From an uncultured Acidimicrobiales bacterium (lineage in GTDB: Bacteria; Actinomycetota; Acidimicrobiia; Acidimicrobiales; SZUA-35), in NCBI GenBank assembly GCA_963723995.1, contig CAVRSZ010000007.1, positions 557,580-621,579 on the forward strand: a stretch of 64,000 nucleotides of DNA, written 5' to 3'. The notes below the pieces were generated by a model. It did not search any database. It was not told the DNA's origin and was given only the letters and a program-made list of their open reading frames with translations. The position numbers and the translations under genes were made by a program. Every line of letters starts with the position of its first letter. Positions within the stretch are counted from its first letter, which is position 1. Below, piece after piece: positions 35,862-44,849 of this stretch.

Positions 35862-36536
35862 ATGAACCTCACCACGAGCCGCCTCACTGCAGCTGCCGGC
35901 CTCTGTGCTGCAGCAGCGGGCGCCATCTTCATCGGCGTCCAGATCAACCACCCACCAGTCGACGTCGATCACCTCGGCACCGCAGAAATGACCGCCCGCG
36001 AGACAGCGAAGGCCCTCATGAGCGTGCTGGCTTTGGCCGGTATCACCGGCATGTTCGTCCACAACCGTCGCCGGTTCGGCGCCGTTGGCCTCGCCGGCTA
36101 CCTGTTGTTGAGTGCCGGCTACCTCGCCATCTTCGCCGTCCAATGCATCGTCGGCTACGTGCTGCCGACCATCGCCCCGACGAACCCGGCCTACGTGCAA
36201 GATGTCCTCGACGCCGCCCTGGGAGGGAGCCCCGAGGGCGACATCGGCTACATGAACGAGCTGCTCCTCGCTTCGGGTCTCGGATTCGCATTCGGGGGCC
36301 TGCTTTTCGGTGTGGCACTCTTCCGAGCCGACATCCTCGCCCGCTGGGCCTCGGCCTTGCTGGCCTACGGCACCATCTCGGTCCTCGCACTGTCCGCATT
36401 GCCCGAGTCGTTCAACCGGCCGTTTGCGGTACCGACCGGCGTTGCGCTGATCGGCCTCGGCATCTCGCTGTGGCGTGATCAGCATCAACCCGTCGAGACG
36501 CCAACCACGGCCCCGGTCGCGACCGCCACCAACTGA
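35862..36536 (+). CDS. hypothetical integral membrane protein
   Basis: 224 aa from ATG 35862, with about 6 TM helices. The stop abuts the next start. Confidence 0.5.
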   Translation: MNLTTSRLTAAAGLCAAAAGAIFIGVQINHPPVDVDHLGTAEMTARETAKALMSVLALAGITGMFVHNRRRFGAVGLAGYLLLSAGYLAIFAVQCIVGYVLPTIAPTNPAYVQDVLDAALGGSPEGDIGYMNELLLASGLGFAFGGLLFGVALFRADILARWASALLAYGTISVLALSALPESFNRPFAVPTGVALIGLGISLWRDQHQPVETPTTAPVATATN

Positions 36537-37195
36537 TGGGCGCCCACGAGCGGGGCTGGCCCGTGCCGCTGACACTCGTCCTACTCAGTGCAATCCCGCT
36601 GGCCGCCGGGGCACTACGACTGGTGCAACTCGCCGGCGGCCCAGCTGTCATACCGGCCGACGACCGATTCGCCAGCTTCCCGGTCCTGGTCGTCGTCCAC
36701 ATCGTCGGCGCTGCGGTCTACGCCCTCGGCGGAGTCGGACAACTCATGCCACGGCTCCGGCGTCAGCACCTCGACCGGCACCGCCACAACGGTCGAGTGG
36801 TCGGCGCAGCCGGCCTGCTCGTCGCAACGTCGGCGCTGGGGATGACGCTGCTCTACGCAGCCAAGCCCGGCACCGGCGACCTGCTCTACCTACTGCGACT
36901 CGTCTTCGGGACGGCGATGGTCGCCTCCCTGGTGCTCGGCATCAGCGCCGTCCGCCGACGCGACATCGCAGCACACCGAGCCTGGATGATCCGTGGGTAC
37001 GCAATCGGCCTTGCGGCCGGCACCCAAGCCTTCACCGAAGGCATCGCCGGCGCCCTGATTGGCACCGACGTCTTCACCGCCGACCTGGCCAAGGGAGCCG
37101 GGTGGTTCATCAACCTGGCCGTGGCCGAATGGGCCATCAGCCGCCCAACACGCCGCCGGGCCACCCACCTGCACCACGAGAGAGTGCTCGCATGA
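36536..37195 (+). CDS. DUF2306-like membrane protein
   Basis: 219 aa, polytopic. The VRRRDIAAHRAWMIRGYAIGLAAG block is typical of the DUF2306 family. Confidence 0.5.
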   Translation: MGAHERGWPVPLTLVLLSAIPLAAGALRLVQLAGGPAVIPADDRFASFPVLVVVHIVGAAVYALGGVGQLMPRLRRQHLDRHRHNGRVVGAAGLLVATSALGMTLLYAAKPGTGDLLYLLRLVFGTAMVASLVLGISAVRRRDIAAHRAWMIRGYAIGLAAGTQAFTEGIAGALIGTDVFTADLAKGAGWFINLAVAEWAISRPTRRRATHLHHERVLA

Positions 37196-37467
37196 ACGCG
37201 ACCTACGTCGTGCGCGTGCAGGGCCATCTCGACGACCACTGGGGAGCATGGCTGGGCGAACTCCAGTTGACCCACCATCAGGACGGTACAACCACCCTCA
37301 CAGTAGAACCCGGGGATCAGGCACGACTCCACGGACTGCTCGCTGCGCTCCGCGACCTCGGCGCCGTACTCCTCGAACTCCGGACGACCGAAACGCCCGC
37401 CACCGATCAGGAAGGCCAGAACGCGACGCAAGAATCAGGTGGAGAGTCAGGAATCCGAACCCGCTAG
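37192..37467 (+). CDS. small conserved hypothetical protein
   Basis: ATGA overlap with the upstream stop. MNATYVVRVQGHLDDHWGAWLGELQLTHHQDGTTTLTVEPGDQARLHGLLAALRDLGAVLLEL resembles a widespread small actinobacterial protein family. Confidence 0.5.
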   Translation: MNATYVVRVQGHLDDHWGAWLGELQLTHHQDGTTTLTVEPGDQARLHGLLAALRDLGAVLLELRTTETPATDQEGQNATQESGGESGIRTR

Positions 37468-37642
37468 TGGTGGCCTGGCTAGGAGACGAGCCCAAAGTTG
37501 GAGGGTCTCAGGCCTGATGTTGGGCCTCATGAGTCCTACCACGCCACCCCCAGCCCCGGGCGCACCCCACCGAACGAGCGTTCTAGCCGACGACGTTTCG
37601 GAGGAGCCGAAACTCGAGTTTGCCGCCTCCGGCGGCAAAACA

Positions 37643-37685
37643 TGGACCGTACTGGACTTGAACCAGTGACCTCTCGCATGTAAGG
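37643..37685 (-). repeat. 43-nt copy of a tRNA-Val 3-prime half (att-like, middle; anticodon position reads TAC)
   Basis: TGGACCGTACTGGACTTGAACCAGTGACCTCTCGCATGTAAGG matches 41462-41504 at 41/43. No 5-prime half is present. Confidence 0.8.
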
Positions 37686-38127
37686 CTGCTCGGACGATGC
37701 CCTGGCATGCGAAATCGGCAGCAACGCCTCAGCCCGTGCCTGGTCGGCTGGCAGGGAGAACGCTGCGATGTCAGTCATGGACGCCACAACAGCAATCGGC
37801 TTACCAACACCCGGGCGGCCTGCAGCTGCTTGCATCACCATGCCGTGGGCACCCGAGTCGACGCCGGCACCGATGTCCTGCTCGGCACCCTCACCCTAGC
37901 CCGGCGTACCCTCACGAGGTTGTCCTTGGCCTCCTACGAGCCAACCCGGGAAGATGCGACTCTGAGAGTGGGCAGACTCCGACGACCGCAGCGTGCCCAA
38001 TTGGGATTCCCGATTGGTGGTTATCCGGCCGTTCGACGGCCAAATCCAATGGACTGCGACCACCGGCTTCGGGCGTGGCATGATCGACCCGCTGCTTCCG
38101 TGAGGCGTTGCGGATCATTTCCGCTAG

Positions 38128-38394
38128 ATGTACGATTCGTACATGAGCGAAGTGGCAGTCAGCGAAGCCCGCAACCGGCTGGCCGAAGTGATCGAAGAGT
38201 CCCGTCGCTCCGGTGAACCGATCTCGGTAACGCGTCGCGGGCGACGCGTGGCGGTGATCATCGACTCCGATGCGTTCGATCGTCTCGTCGAGATCGCCGA
38301 TGACGTTGACGATCGTCGAGAACTCGAGGCAGCCAGAGCCGACGACGACTACGTGCCCTGGGATGATGTGAAGGCGATGCTGGGGCTCGAGTGA
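38128..38394 (+). CDS. type II antitoxin, Phd/YefM family
   Basis: 88 aa. VAVSEARNRLAEVIEESRRSGEPISVTRRGRRVAVIID is the YefM/Phd N-terminal signature. A 4-nt overlap links it to the toxin gene. Confidence 0.8.
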   Translation: MYDSYMSEVAVSEARNRLAEVIEESRRSGEPISVTRRGRRVAVIIDSDAFDRLVEIADDVDDRRELEAARADDDYVPWDDVKAMLGLE

Positions 38395-38651
38395 GCCGCT
38401 ACCACGTGGAGGTCGCGCGCCGTGCGGTGAAGTCGATCGCCAAGCTTCCACGAGCCGAACAGCAGAGAGTGCGGGCTGCGATTGATCTCCTCGCGGACGA
38501 ACCTCGCCCCCCGGGTTGCACCAAGCTTGCCGGGGAGGATTCGGTGTATCGAGTGCGTGTCGGCGACTACCGGATCCTCTACGAAGTCATCGATGCGCGC
38601 CTGGTGGTTCACGTCGTGCGAGTCGGCCATCGCCGTGACGTCTACCGGTAG
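38391..38651 (+). CDS. type II toxin, RelE/ParE family
   Basis: 86 aa. AKLPRAEQQRVRAAIDLLADEPRPPGCTKLAGEDSVYRVRVGDYRILYEVIDARLVVHVVRVGHRRDVY matches the RelE/ParE fold pattern. Confidence 0.8.
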   Translation: MSRYHVEVARRAVKSIAKLPRAEQQRVRAAIDLLADEPRPPGCTKLAGEDSVYRVRVGDYRILYEVIDARLVVHVVRVGHRRDVYR

Positions 38652-38858
38652 CGCCCCCACGCTCATTCGCAGTGGACTCATTACCGAGCGGCTTGGCCTG
38701 GCCGGATCGCCGGTTTGTCAGCGGCTCTTCGGCAGAGGGATGGGGACTCCTGCTGACATCTTGCCGGCCATCGCGGGCGCCGTGGATGCACGTCCGCGGA
38801 GCAGCAGGAGTAGACCGACAGTCGTGCTTGCCATGCCAGCGAGGACCCAGCCGGTTAA

Positions 38859-39592
38859 CAGGCAGTCGGCCACGGTACCGATGGAGGGCCGGGCGCCGAT
38901 CTCGTCGAGACGTTCGGTGAACCGGATCGAGATGAATTGGGATCTGGCGTCGGAGCGGGCGACCAGGCCGAACCAGACGTCTCGATCCCCTGGAGCGGCG
39001 TGCCATCTCGACCGCGTCGAGCACCATGGAGGTCTGCATGTGGGTGGCGACCCGCCACCCCTGACCCCGGCGATGGCGAGTTCTCGCATCAAGCGGGTCC
39101 CGGCCGATCTCATGTCCAGCCCGCCGTGTCGCCTTCCACAGCTTGCGGGCGCCGCACACCTTCCGGTTTGCCACCCACAACCCCACAAGGACCGGCATCA
39201 ACTGGGCGTCCGAGATCGCCCGTGTCGAGACTTCACGCTGGCGACGCTTGGCGGCGTAGTAGGTGCTCGTAGGCCGCGTTGTGCAGATGGACTCGACCCC
39301 GAACTCGTCAGGGTCGGTGTCGATGAACTCGACAATCATCGGTGTTGGCGGTCGAGTTCCGCCCCGAAAAACTCGCTGCCCGCCGCAGGATCTCGTTGGC
39401 TCGTTCCAACTCCCGGACCTTGGCCTCGAGGTCTTTGATCCTGGCTGCGTCCTCGGTCTTGGTGCCCACTCGATCACCGTCGTCGATGTCGGCCTGACGG
39501 GCCCACGCCCGAAACGACTCGACCCCGTAGTCGAGCTGGTCGGCAACCTGTTCCCCAGGACCGGCCCCACCCCTTCTGACCTGATTTCCTAA
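38859..39592 (-). mobile_element. second IS3-family relic (orfA C-terminus, orfB with internal deletion and frameshifts)
   Basis: orfA end is QADIDDGDRVGTKTEDAARIKDLEAKVRELERANEILRRAASFF. orfB pieces are FIDTDPDEFGVESIC...YYAAKRR...VCGARKLW, LMRELAIAGVRG, MVLDAVEMA and SDARSQFISIRFTERLDEIGARPSIGTVADC, in different frames. Confidence 0.7.
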
Positions 39593-41461
39593 GTCTTGTC
39601 AAGGGATTGTTGTCACGCTGGGTGGCCGCGCTGGGGTTGGCCCGATGGCGGTTCGCTCGGGTGCAGGTGGTGAGCGCTGGCTGGTCTGGGTGGGGACTGC
39701 CGGGGTTGCTGGTGTGCCCGTGGTGGCCGTTCCTCGGGTTCAGGTCATGGGGTGAGTCGTCCTTGCCGGGTGGCTCGGTTCCGGCGGCGGGTGCCGGCGG
39801 GGACGGCCAGCTCGGCGCAGATCGTCCGAGCGGTGGCCCGATCGATGGAGTTGCCGTCGAGGTCGCGGACCTCGTAGGGCTTTTGATCCTGGAGGACTTT
39901 CCAGGCCCGGCCGGCCAGCTTGCGGGCAACGGCGGTAGTGGCCGAGATGTGGGTGTGACCCCGATCGCACATGAGTTTGCGGTAGTGGGCAGCCAGGTCG
40001 GGGTCGTGGTGGCGGGCAACGTTGGCCGCCTGGTAGAACGCCAAGCGGAGATCGGCCGGCCCTTCCTTGGTGATGTGACGTGACGGAGACCGGTATTGCC
40101 CGGACTCCCACCGGGAAGGGTTCAACCCGACATGAGCGGCGGCGGCCTTGGCCGACCGCAGATGAGTCCCGGCCCCCCACCAACCCCGGATCGACGCCGA
40201 ACAGATGGGCCCGATGCCGGGAATGGTGCACAGCACGTCGTCGGGCCACATCTGTTGCCAGCGGCCCAGGGCCCGGTCGGTCACGGCGGCGACCCGAGCA
40301 TCGGCGATGGCGATGTCGTCGAGGCACTCACCGATTTCCCAGGCCAGATCGTCCAGGTCCAAACGACCGAGCCAGAACTCGCTCCACCCACCCGCTGCAG
40401 CCCGGATCCGCTTGGCCCGCCGGGTCGGGTCGGTGTCGCGGGAATGAGCCGCCACCTCCTCGGCGATACTGGCCGTCCGAGCCCTGGCCAGGGCCCGAAT
40501 GTCGCTCCAGCGGCCCAGAACCGGCTGGGCGACACCGTGACCGCCACAAGCACGCCACAGATCAGGGAACGCCCACGCCGACAACGCCCACAGGCGGCAG
40601 TCAGCCCGGTGGGCGTCCACGATGGCCCGGTGACGGCGTCGCATCGCCCGCCGCAACCCGATCTGACCGGCCAGTGGCACCGGTACCTCCCTCACGCCGA
40701 GGATCTCGGGGCTGCGGGCCAACATGTCCGCGTCGATCACGTCGGTCTTGTTCGCCCCAGCGATCGCTTTCCGCAGCCGGGCCGAGTCCCGGTTGGCAAC
40801 GAACCCGACCCGACACCCTGACTCCGACACTGCGTGCAGCAACGGCAGCCACGTCCCAGCGGTCGGCTCTGCCACAACCATCGCCGGTGCCCAGTCAGCC
40901 AGGCGGACCGTCAACTCTTCCAGCCCGGCCAACGTCGGCTGAACCCGGAAGTCTTCTGCGATGCCCGGTCCTCGGATGGCGACCTGGTGGGCTGCCACTA
41001 CGGCGGCGTCGATCCCGATCGACACGACCGGATCTTGATTCTCTATCGTGTTCATGGAGGGCTCTCCCTATCACTTGGAGTGCCGGACGAGGCCCGTCGA
41101 GTGCCAGCTCACAATCGAGTCTCGGACAGCACACTGTTCTGGTCGACGGGAGAGCCCTCGAGCACGCTCAACTCGAAGTGGGCGTTCTCCCGACACCACC
41201 CCGAACACGGATCCTGGCGAGCCCGTAGCCCACCCAGCCATGTGATTCATCCGGTGCACCGGGCCCCGACCACCGGGTCCGCGAGCCCCACCAATTTCCT
41301 CAACCGGGTCTGCTCGGGAGACGAGCCCTGGCGACACTCAGGTCAACGAGCCCAAAGCTCAGGGCTTATGCGTCACCACCAGGACCCCTCCCAAGGCCAC
41401 GCTACGTGACCGCCAACCCCAAACCGGGGAGGCCCTGTAATCAATACAAGGGGTTTTGCAG
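39593..41461 (-). mobile_element. IS110-family element (bounds approximate)
   Basis: The transposase gene has ~150 bp of non-coding DNA downstream and ~400 bp upstream. The left bound is taken from where the IS3 relic is cut off, and the right bound cannot be fixed before the tRNA gene. Confidence 0.35.
39745..41055 (-). CDS. IS110-family (DEDD) transposase
   Basis: 436 aa. N-terminal blocks are VSIGIDAAV, VVAEPTAGTW and NKTDVIDADMLAR. The C-terminal blocks are LCTIPGIGPICSASI...HVGLNPSRWESGQ...ITKEGPADLR. Confidence 0.85.
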   Translation of the reverse strand: MNTIENQDPVVSIGIDAAVVAAHQVAIRGPGIAEDFRVQPTLAGLEELTVRLADWAPAMVVAEPTAGTWLPLLHAVSESGCRVGFVANRDSARLRKAIAGANKTDVIDADMLARSPEILGVREVPVPLAGQIGLRRAMRRRHRAIVDAHRADCRLWALSAWAFPDLWRACGGHGVAQPVLGRWSDIRALARARTASIAEEVAAHSRDTDPTRRAKRIRAAAGGWSEFWLGRLDLDDLAWEIGECLDDIAIADARVAAVTDRALGRWQQMWPDDVLCTIPGIGPICSASIRGWWGAGTHLRSAKAAAAHVGLNPSRWESGQYRSPSRHITKEGPADLRLAFYQAANVARHHDPDLAAHYRKLMCDRGHTHISATTAVARKLAGRAWKVLQDQKPYEVRDLDGNSIDRATARTICAELAVPAGTRRRNRATRQGRLTP

Positions 41462-41535
41462 TGGACCGTACTGGACTTGAACCAGTGACCTCTCGCGTGT
41501 GAGGCGAGCGCTCTAGCCAACTGAGCTAACGGTCC
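41462..41535 (-). tRNA. tRNA-Val (anticodon CAC)
   Basis: The reverse complement folds as a 74-nt cloverleaf. Acceptor GGACCGT/ACGGTCC, D stem GCTC/GAGC, anticodon stem CTCGC/GCGAG with loop CTCACAC, T arm ACTGG-TTCAAGT-CCAGT, discriminator A. CCA is not encoded. Confidence 0.9.
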
Positions 41536-41583
41536 GAACAGGATCTACAGCCTAACCGAGCGGTGAGCGATTCAACCCCGGTT

Positions 41584-42198
41584 TCAGGGCCGGGCGGCGA
41601 TGACCACATGGTCAATGGCATTGACCGTGCGCTCGGTGCCGTCATCATCGGTGACCGTGACCGGCCGCAGCACGGTTTCGGCCCGCTCGACCTGCAACCG
41701 CTCCTCTTGGAGCAACGCCTTCAACTCCTCCGGCGTGGTCAGGACGGCAGGCTCCTGGGGGCCGCCATGGCCATGTTCGATGTTGGTCAGATCGTGACCG
41801 ATGATGACCAGTCGCCCGCCGGGAGCCACCCAGGAGGCGGCCCGGCGCAGGAACGGCTCCCGGGTCTCCTTTCCCCAGTGAAGGTAGACGTGGGCCACCA
41901 GATCCCACCGCCGATCGCCGGGATCCCACTCGGCCAGGTCGCCCACCACCCACTCGACATCCACCCCCAATTCCTCGGCTCCGACTCGACCCCGGTCGAT
42001 GCCCACGGCAGAGAAGTCGACCGCCGTCACCGTCCAGCCCTGCTGGGCCAGCCAGACCGAATTGCGGCCCTCGCCGCAGGCCAGGTCGACCGCAGTGCCG
42101 GGCTTCAGACCGTCGACGATCTCGGCGAAGAACCGGTTGGGCTCGACGCTCCACAGTCGACCCTCGGCGTAGCGCTCGTCCCAGTCGGCGGCCTTCAT
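41584..42198 (-). CDS. class I SAM-dependent methyltransferase
   Basis: 204 aa from ATG 42198. Motif I is VDLACGEGRNSVWLAQQGWTVTAVDFS. Confidence 0.75.
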   Translation of the reverse strand: MKAADWDERYAEGRLWSVEPNRFFAEIVDGLKPGTAVDLACGEGRNSVWLAQQGWTVTAVDFSAVGIDRGRVGAEELGVDVEWVVGDLAEWDPGDRRWDLVAHVYLHWGKETREPFLRRAASWVAPGGRLVIIGHDLTNIEHGHGGPQEPAVLTTPEELKALLQEERLQVERAETVLRPVTVTDDDGTERTVNAIDHVVIAARP

Positions 42199-42304
42199 GA
42201 CAATCGATCTCCCGGTGTGATGACCTGTTTCCATGGTGATGCACTGTTTCGCGTTGGCTTGTACCGTGCGCGGACCGAAGCACTGAATGGTTCTTCGGCG
42301 TCGC

Positions 42305-42991
42305 TCAGGACGTCGATCGTAGACAGGCCACGACGCCATTGCTCAACTCGACCTGTGATGTCGTGAACGGTGGGCAGACCCCGTCGCCGAGATGGGCGCC
42401 GACGACCTGACCGTCGGCGGTGGCAGTACACGGCACCTCGAGCAGCGCCGGACCACCGATCACGTCGACACAATCGTTGGCCTCGATGCCGGCCCCCAGC
42501 GGGGGGCCGGGCATTGTGGTCGGAGTAGGGCCCCGCACCTGGTTCGTGGCATAGGCGGTGAAGATGAAGATCCCGATCAGGAGGCCGAGCACGGCCAGGA
42601 CCGGGGCGACCCTGAGGGCCAAAGCGCTGCGATCGGAGATCTCCCGGAGCTGGACGTCTCTGCGAGCGGCCAGGAACTCCGGGTCGAGCAGGCGCGGGTC
42701 GATCCTGGTGATCCCGTCATCGACACGGATGCCGTCGAACGACGAGGGCCCGTGGTCGAAGACCTCGAGGTCATAGTTGCGGCGGGCGGTGGCGTTGCCA
42801 AGGGTGGCCCACGCCTCGTTGACCCGTCGCATCGCCACCTCGGCCCGAGCCGAGTCTTCGGGCGGACGGCCGGCGAACCGATCAGGGTGCCACTTGCGAG
42901 CAGCGGCCAGATAGGCGCGGCGGATCTGGCCGGCGTCGGCAGTTCGGTCGACACCGAGAACTTCATAGTGGGTGCGAGGCTTTTCAGCCAC
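42305..42991 (-). CDS. J-domain (DnaJ-like) membrane protein
   Basis: HYEVLGVDRTADAGQIRRAYLAAARKWHPDR (HPD motif), then one TM helix (VAPVLAVLGLLIGIFIFTAY) and a Cys-containing C-terminal domain. Confidence 0.75.
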   Translation of the reverse strand: MAEKPRTHYEVLGVDRTADAGQIRRAYLAAARKWHPDRFAGRPPEDSARAEVAMRRVNEAWATLGNATARRNYDLEVFDHGPSSFDGIRVDDGITRIDPRLLDPEFLAARRDVQLREISDRSALALRVAPVLAVLGLLIGIFIFTAYATNQVRGPTPTTMPGPPLGAGIEANDCVDVIGGPALLEVPCTATADGQVVGAHLGDGVCPPFTTSQVELSNGVVACLRSTS

Positions 42992-43072
42992 CGGAAACGG
43001 GCTCCACAGAGCCCCAGCCTACTTGCGCCCCCTGTTGACGGGCACCTCCGGCCCGCACACGCCGAGCGACCG

Positions 43073-43810
43073 TCAGGCGCTGGTGACCGAATTCTCGGAC
43101 CGGGCCCACTCCACCGAGGGGGTCACCACCGGTCGCAACTCGGCCTGTGCGTCCAGGCCGACTCCCAACCGATAGGTGGAGGCCAGGACGGCCACGACCA
43201 GGGCCACACCCCGAGCCACGGCGAAGCCGGCCACCGCCTCGGCCGACAACGACTCCGCCAACGACCACACCAGCCAGCCGACGGTGAGTTCGAACCCGAG
43301 CAGACCGGCCAGCCAGGCGAAGGCCGTTCCCCCTTCATGGCCCGACCGGGTCAGCCATCGAGGAAGGAGTAGCCCGGCGACGAAGGCGAAGACGGCAGCC
43401 GTCGACCAGGCGACCACTGCGGCCGAGCCCAGCGACGGGGCGACCAGAGCGCAACCGGTGGCCGCCATCAGGAATCGTAGGTGGGTGGTCCACCGACCGA
43501 GGCTTCCCCACGAGCCGATGGTGAGGGCCGACAGCCCTGGAATGTGGTCCCAGGTCCTTACCACCCACATCGCCCCGACCAATAGGGTGAAGATGGCCAA
43601 CACGACCATGGCGGCCCGGGCCACCGCCAGGTAGCCGGTGAGGGCCATCGGGGTGATCGACCCGAACAAGGCCCTGGTTCCGCCGACGGTCATCAGCATG
43701 GCCGGAGCCGCCCACAACAACACCAGGAGCCGGACGATCACCTGGCATGAGACTCCGGCTCGAACCTCATCGAGCAGACACGGTGGGGGGCTGTGGTCGG
43801 CGGCGGTCAC
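43073..43810 (-). CDS. hypothetical integral membrane protein
   Basis: 245 aa with about 6-7 hydrophobic helices. No recognisable motif. Confidence 0.45.
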   Translation of the reverse strand: MTAADHSPPPCLLDEVRAGVSCQVIVRLLVLLWAAPAMLMTVGGTRALFGSITPMALTGYLAVARAAMVVLAIFTLLVGAMWVVRTWDHIPGLSALTIGSWGSLGRWTTHLRFLMAATGCALVAPSLGSAAVVAWSTAAVFAFVAGLLLPRWLTRSGHEGGTAFAWLAGLLGFELTVGWLVWSLAESLSAEAVAGFAVARGVALVVAVLASTYRLGVGLDAQAELRPVVTPSVEWARSENSVTSA

Positions 43811-43956
43811 ATCTCAGACTTCGGCGGTGATGGCCCGGCCTTGACCGAGCTCGGCCATCGTTTACCGAACTGCAAGAAAATCGAGCCGCCTCGCGGCCGT
43901 TGCCTGGGAGTTGCCGCAGACAAGCTCCGGTTGGCCGAGCGAAGCGCGGCCGGACG

Positions 43957-44832
43957 TCAACCTCCGGCCAGCACCAGACCGAGGGCCAGCATGACGCCGG
44001 TGGCCATCTGGACCCTGCCGGTTGCGGCCAGGGTGATGATGAGTTCCAGGCCTCCGGCTCCGTCCAACACCGAGCGGATCGGGGCAATGGCCGGGGCCAG
44101 GCCCACCAGCCCCAGCGCGGCCCACGGCTCAATGGCGGCGCAGGCCACGATGAAGGCGGCGGCCACCGCCATCAGTGAGGCGTACATCCACCGAGTGGCA
44201 CGATCGCCGATTCGAACCGCCAGCGTCTTCTTGCCGGTGACCGAATCGGTGGGGATGTCCCGCAGGTTGTTGATGACGAGCAGGGCGACGGCCAGTAGCC
44301 CCATGGGCACGGCGGCCAGCACACTCAGCGCGGTGATCGACTCGGTCTGGACATAGGTCGACCCAACGGTGGCCACCAGGCCGAAGAAGACGAAGACGAA
44401 GACCTCACCCAGGCCGTAGTAGCCGTAGGGTCGAGGCCCTCCGGTGTAGGCCCAGCCGGCGATCATCGACGCCGCGCCGACCACGAACAGCTCGGGGCCG
44501 ACGGCCAGGGCCAGTGCCCCTCCGGCAAGACCGGCCACGGCGAAGCCGACCGCCGCCGCCACCTTGACCTGGGTTGCCGTGGCCTGCCCGCTGGCCACCA
44601 ATCGGGTCGGGCCGACCCTGGTGTCGTCGGTGCCCCGCTGCCCGTCGGCGTAGTCGTTCACGTAGTTGGTGGCCACCTGGAGGGCCAGGGCCACGATCAT
44701 GGCCGCCACCGCCCGCCACCAGATGATGGACCCGTCGATCGACGCCGCCGCCGTACCCACGGCCACCGGGGCCACCGCCGCAGGCAGGGTTCGGGGACGG
44801 GCCCCGTCGATCCACGGTTCGAGTCGAGTCAA
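43957..44832 (-). CDS. menA: 1,4-dihydroxy-2-naphthoate polyprenyltransferase
   Basis: 291 aa, UbiA fold. ARPRTLPAAVAPVAVG, NYVNDYADGQRGTD and INNLRDIPTDSVTGKKTLAV are MenA blocks. Confidence 0.85.
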   Translation of the reverse strand: MTRLEPWIDGARPRTLPAAVAPVAVGTAAASIDGSIIWWRAVAAMIVALALQVATNYVNDYADGQRGTDDTRVGPTRLVASGQATATQVKVAAAVGFAVAGLAGGALALAVGPELFVVGAASMIAGWAYTGGPRPYGYYGLGEVFVFVFFGLVATVGSTYVQTESITALSVLAAVPMGLLAVALLVINNLRDIPTDSVTGKKTLAVRIGDRATRWMYASLMAVAAAFIVACAAIEPWAALGLVGLAPAIAPIRSVLDGAGGLELIITLAATGRVQMATGVMLALGLVLAGG

Positions 44833-44849
44833 GGCCCCGGCTCAGACCG

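Noticed and set aside
37585-38110. tmRNA, or a tRNA split by an intron, ending in the tRNA-like 3-prime half (likewise 25495-26160)
   Set aside because: No upstream sequence can pair with the acceptor 3-prime strand (ACGGTCC). There is no G-U Ala identity pair, no tag-peptide-like reading frame with a resume codon, and no tRNA 5-prime half (GGACCGTTAGCTCAG-like) within several hundred nt. The minus-strand ORFs crossing the fragment (..EVTGSSPV..) are just translations of the T-arm.
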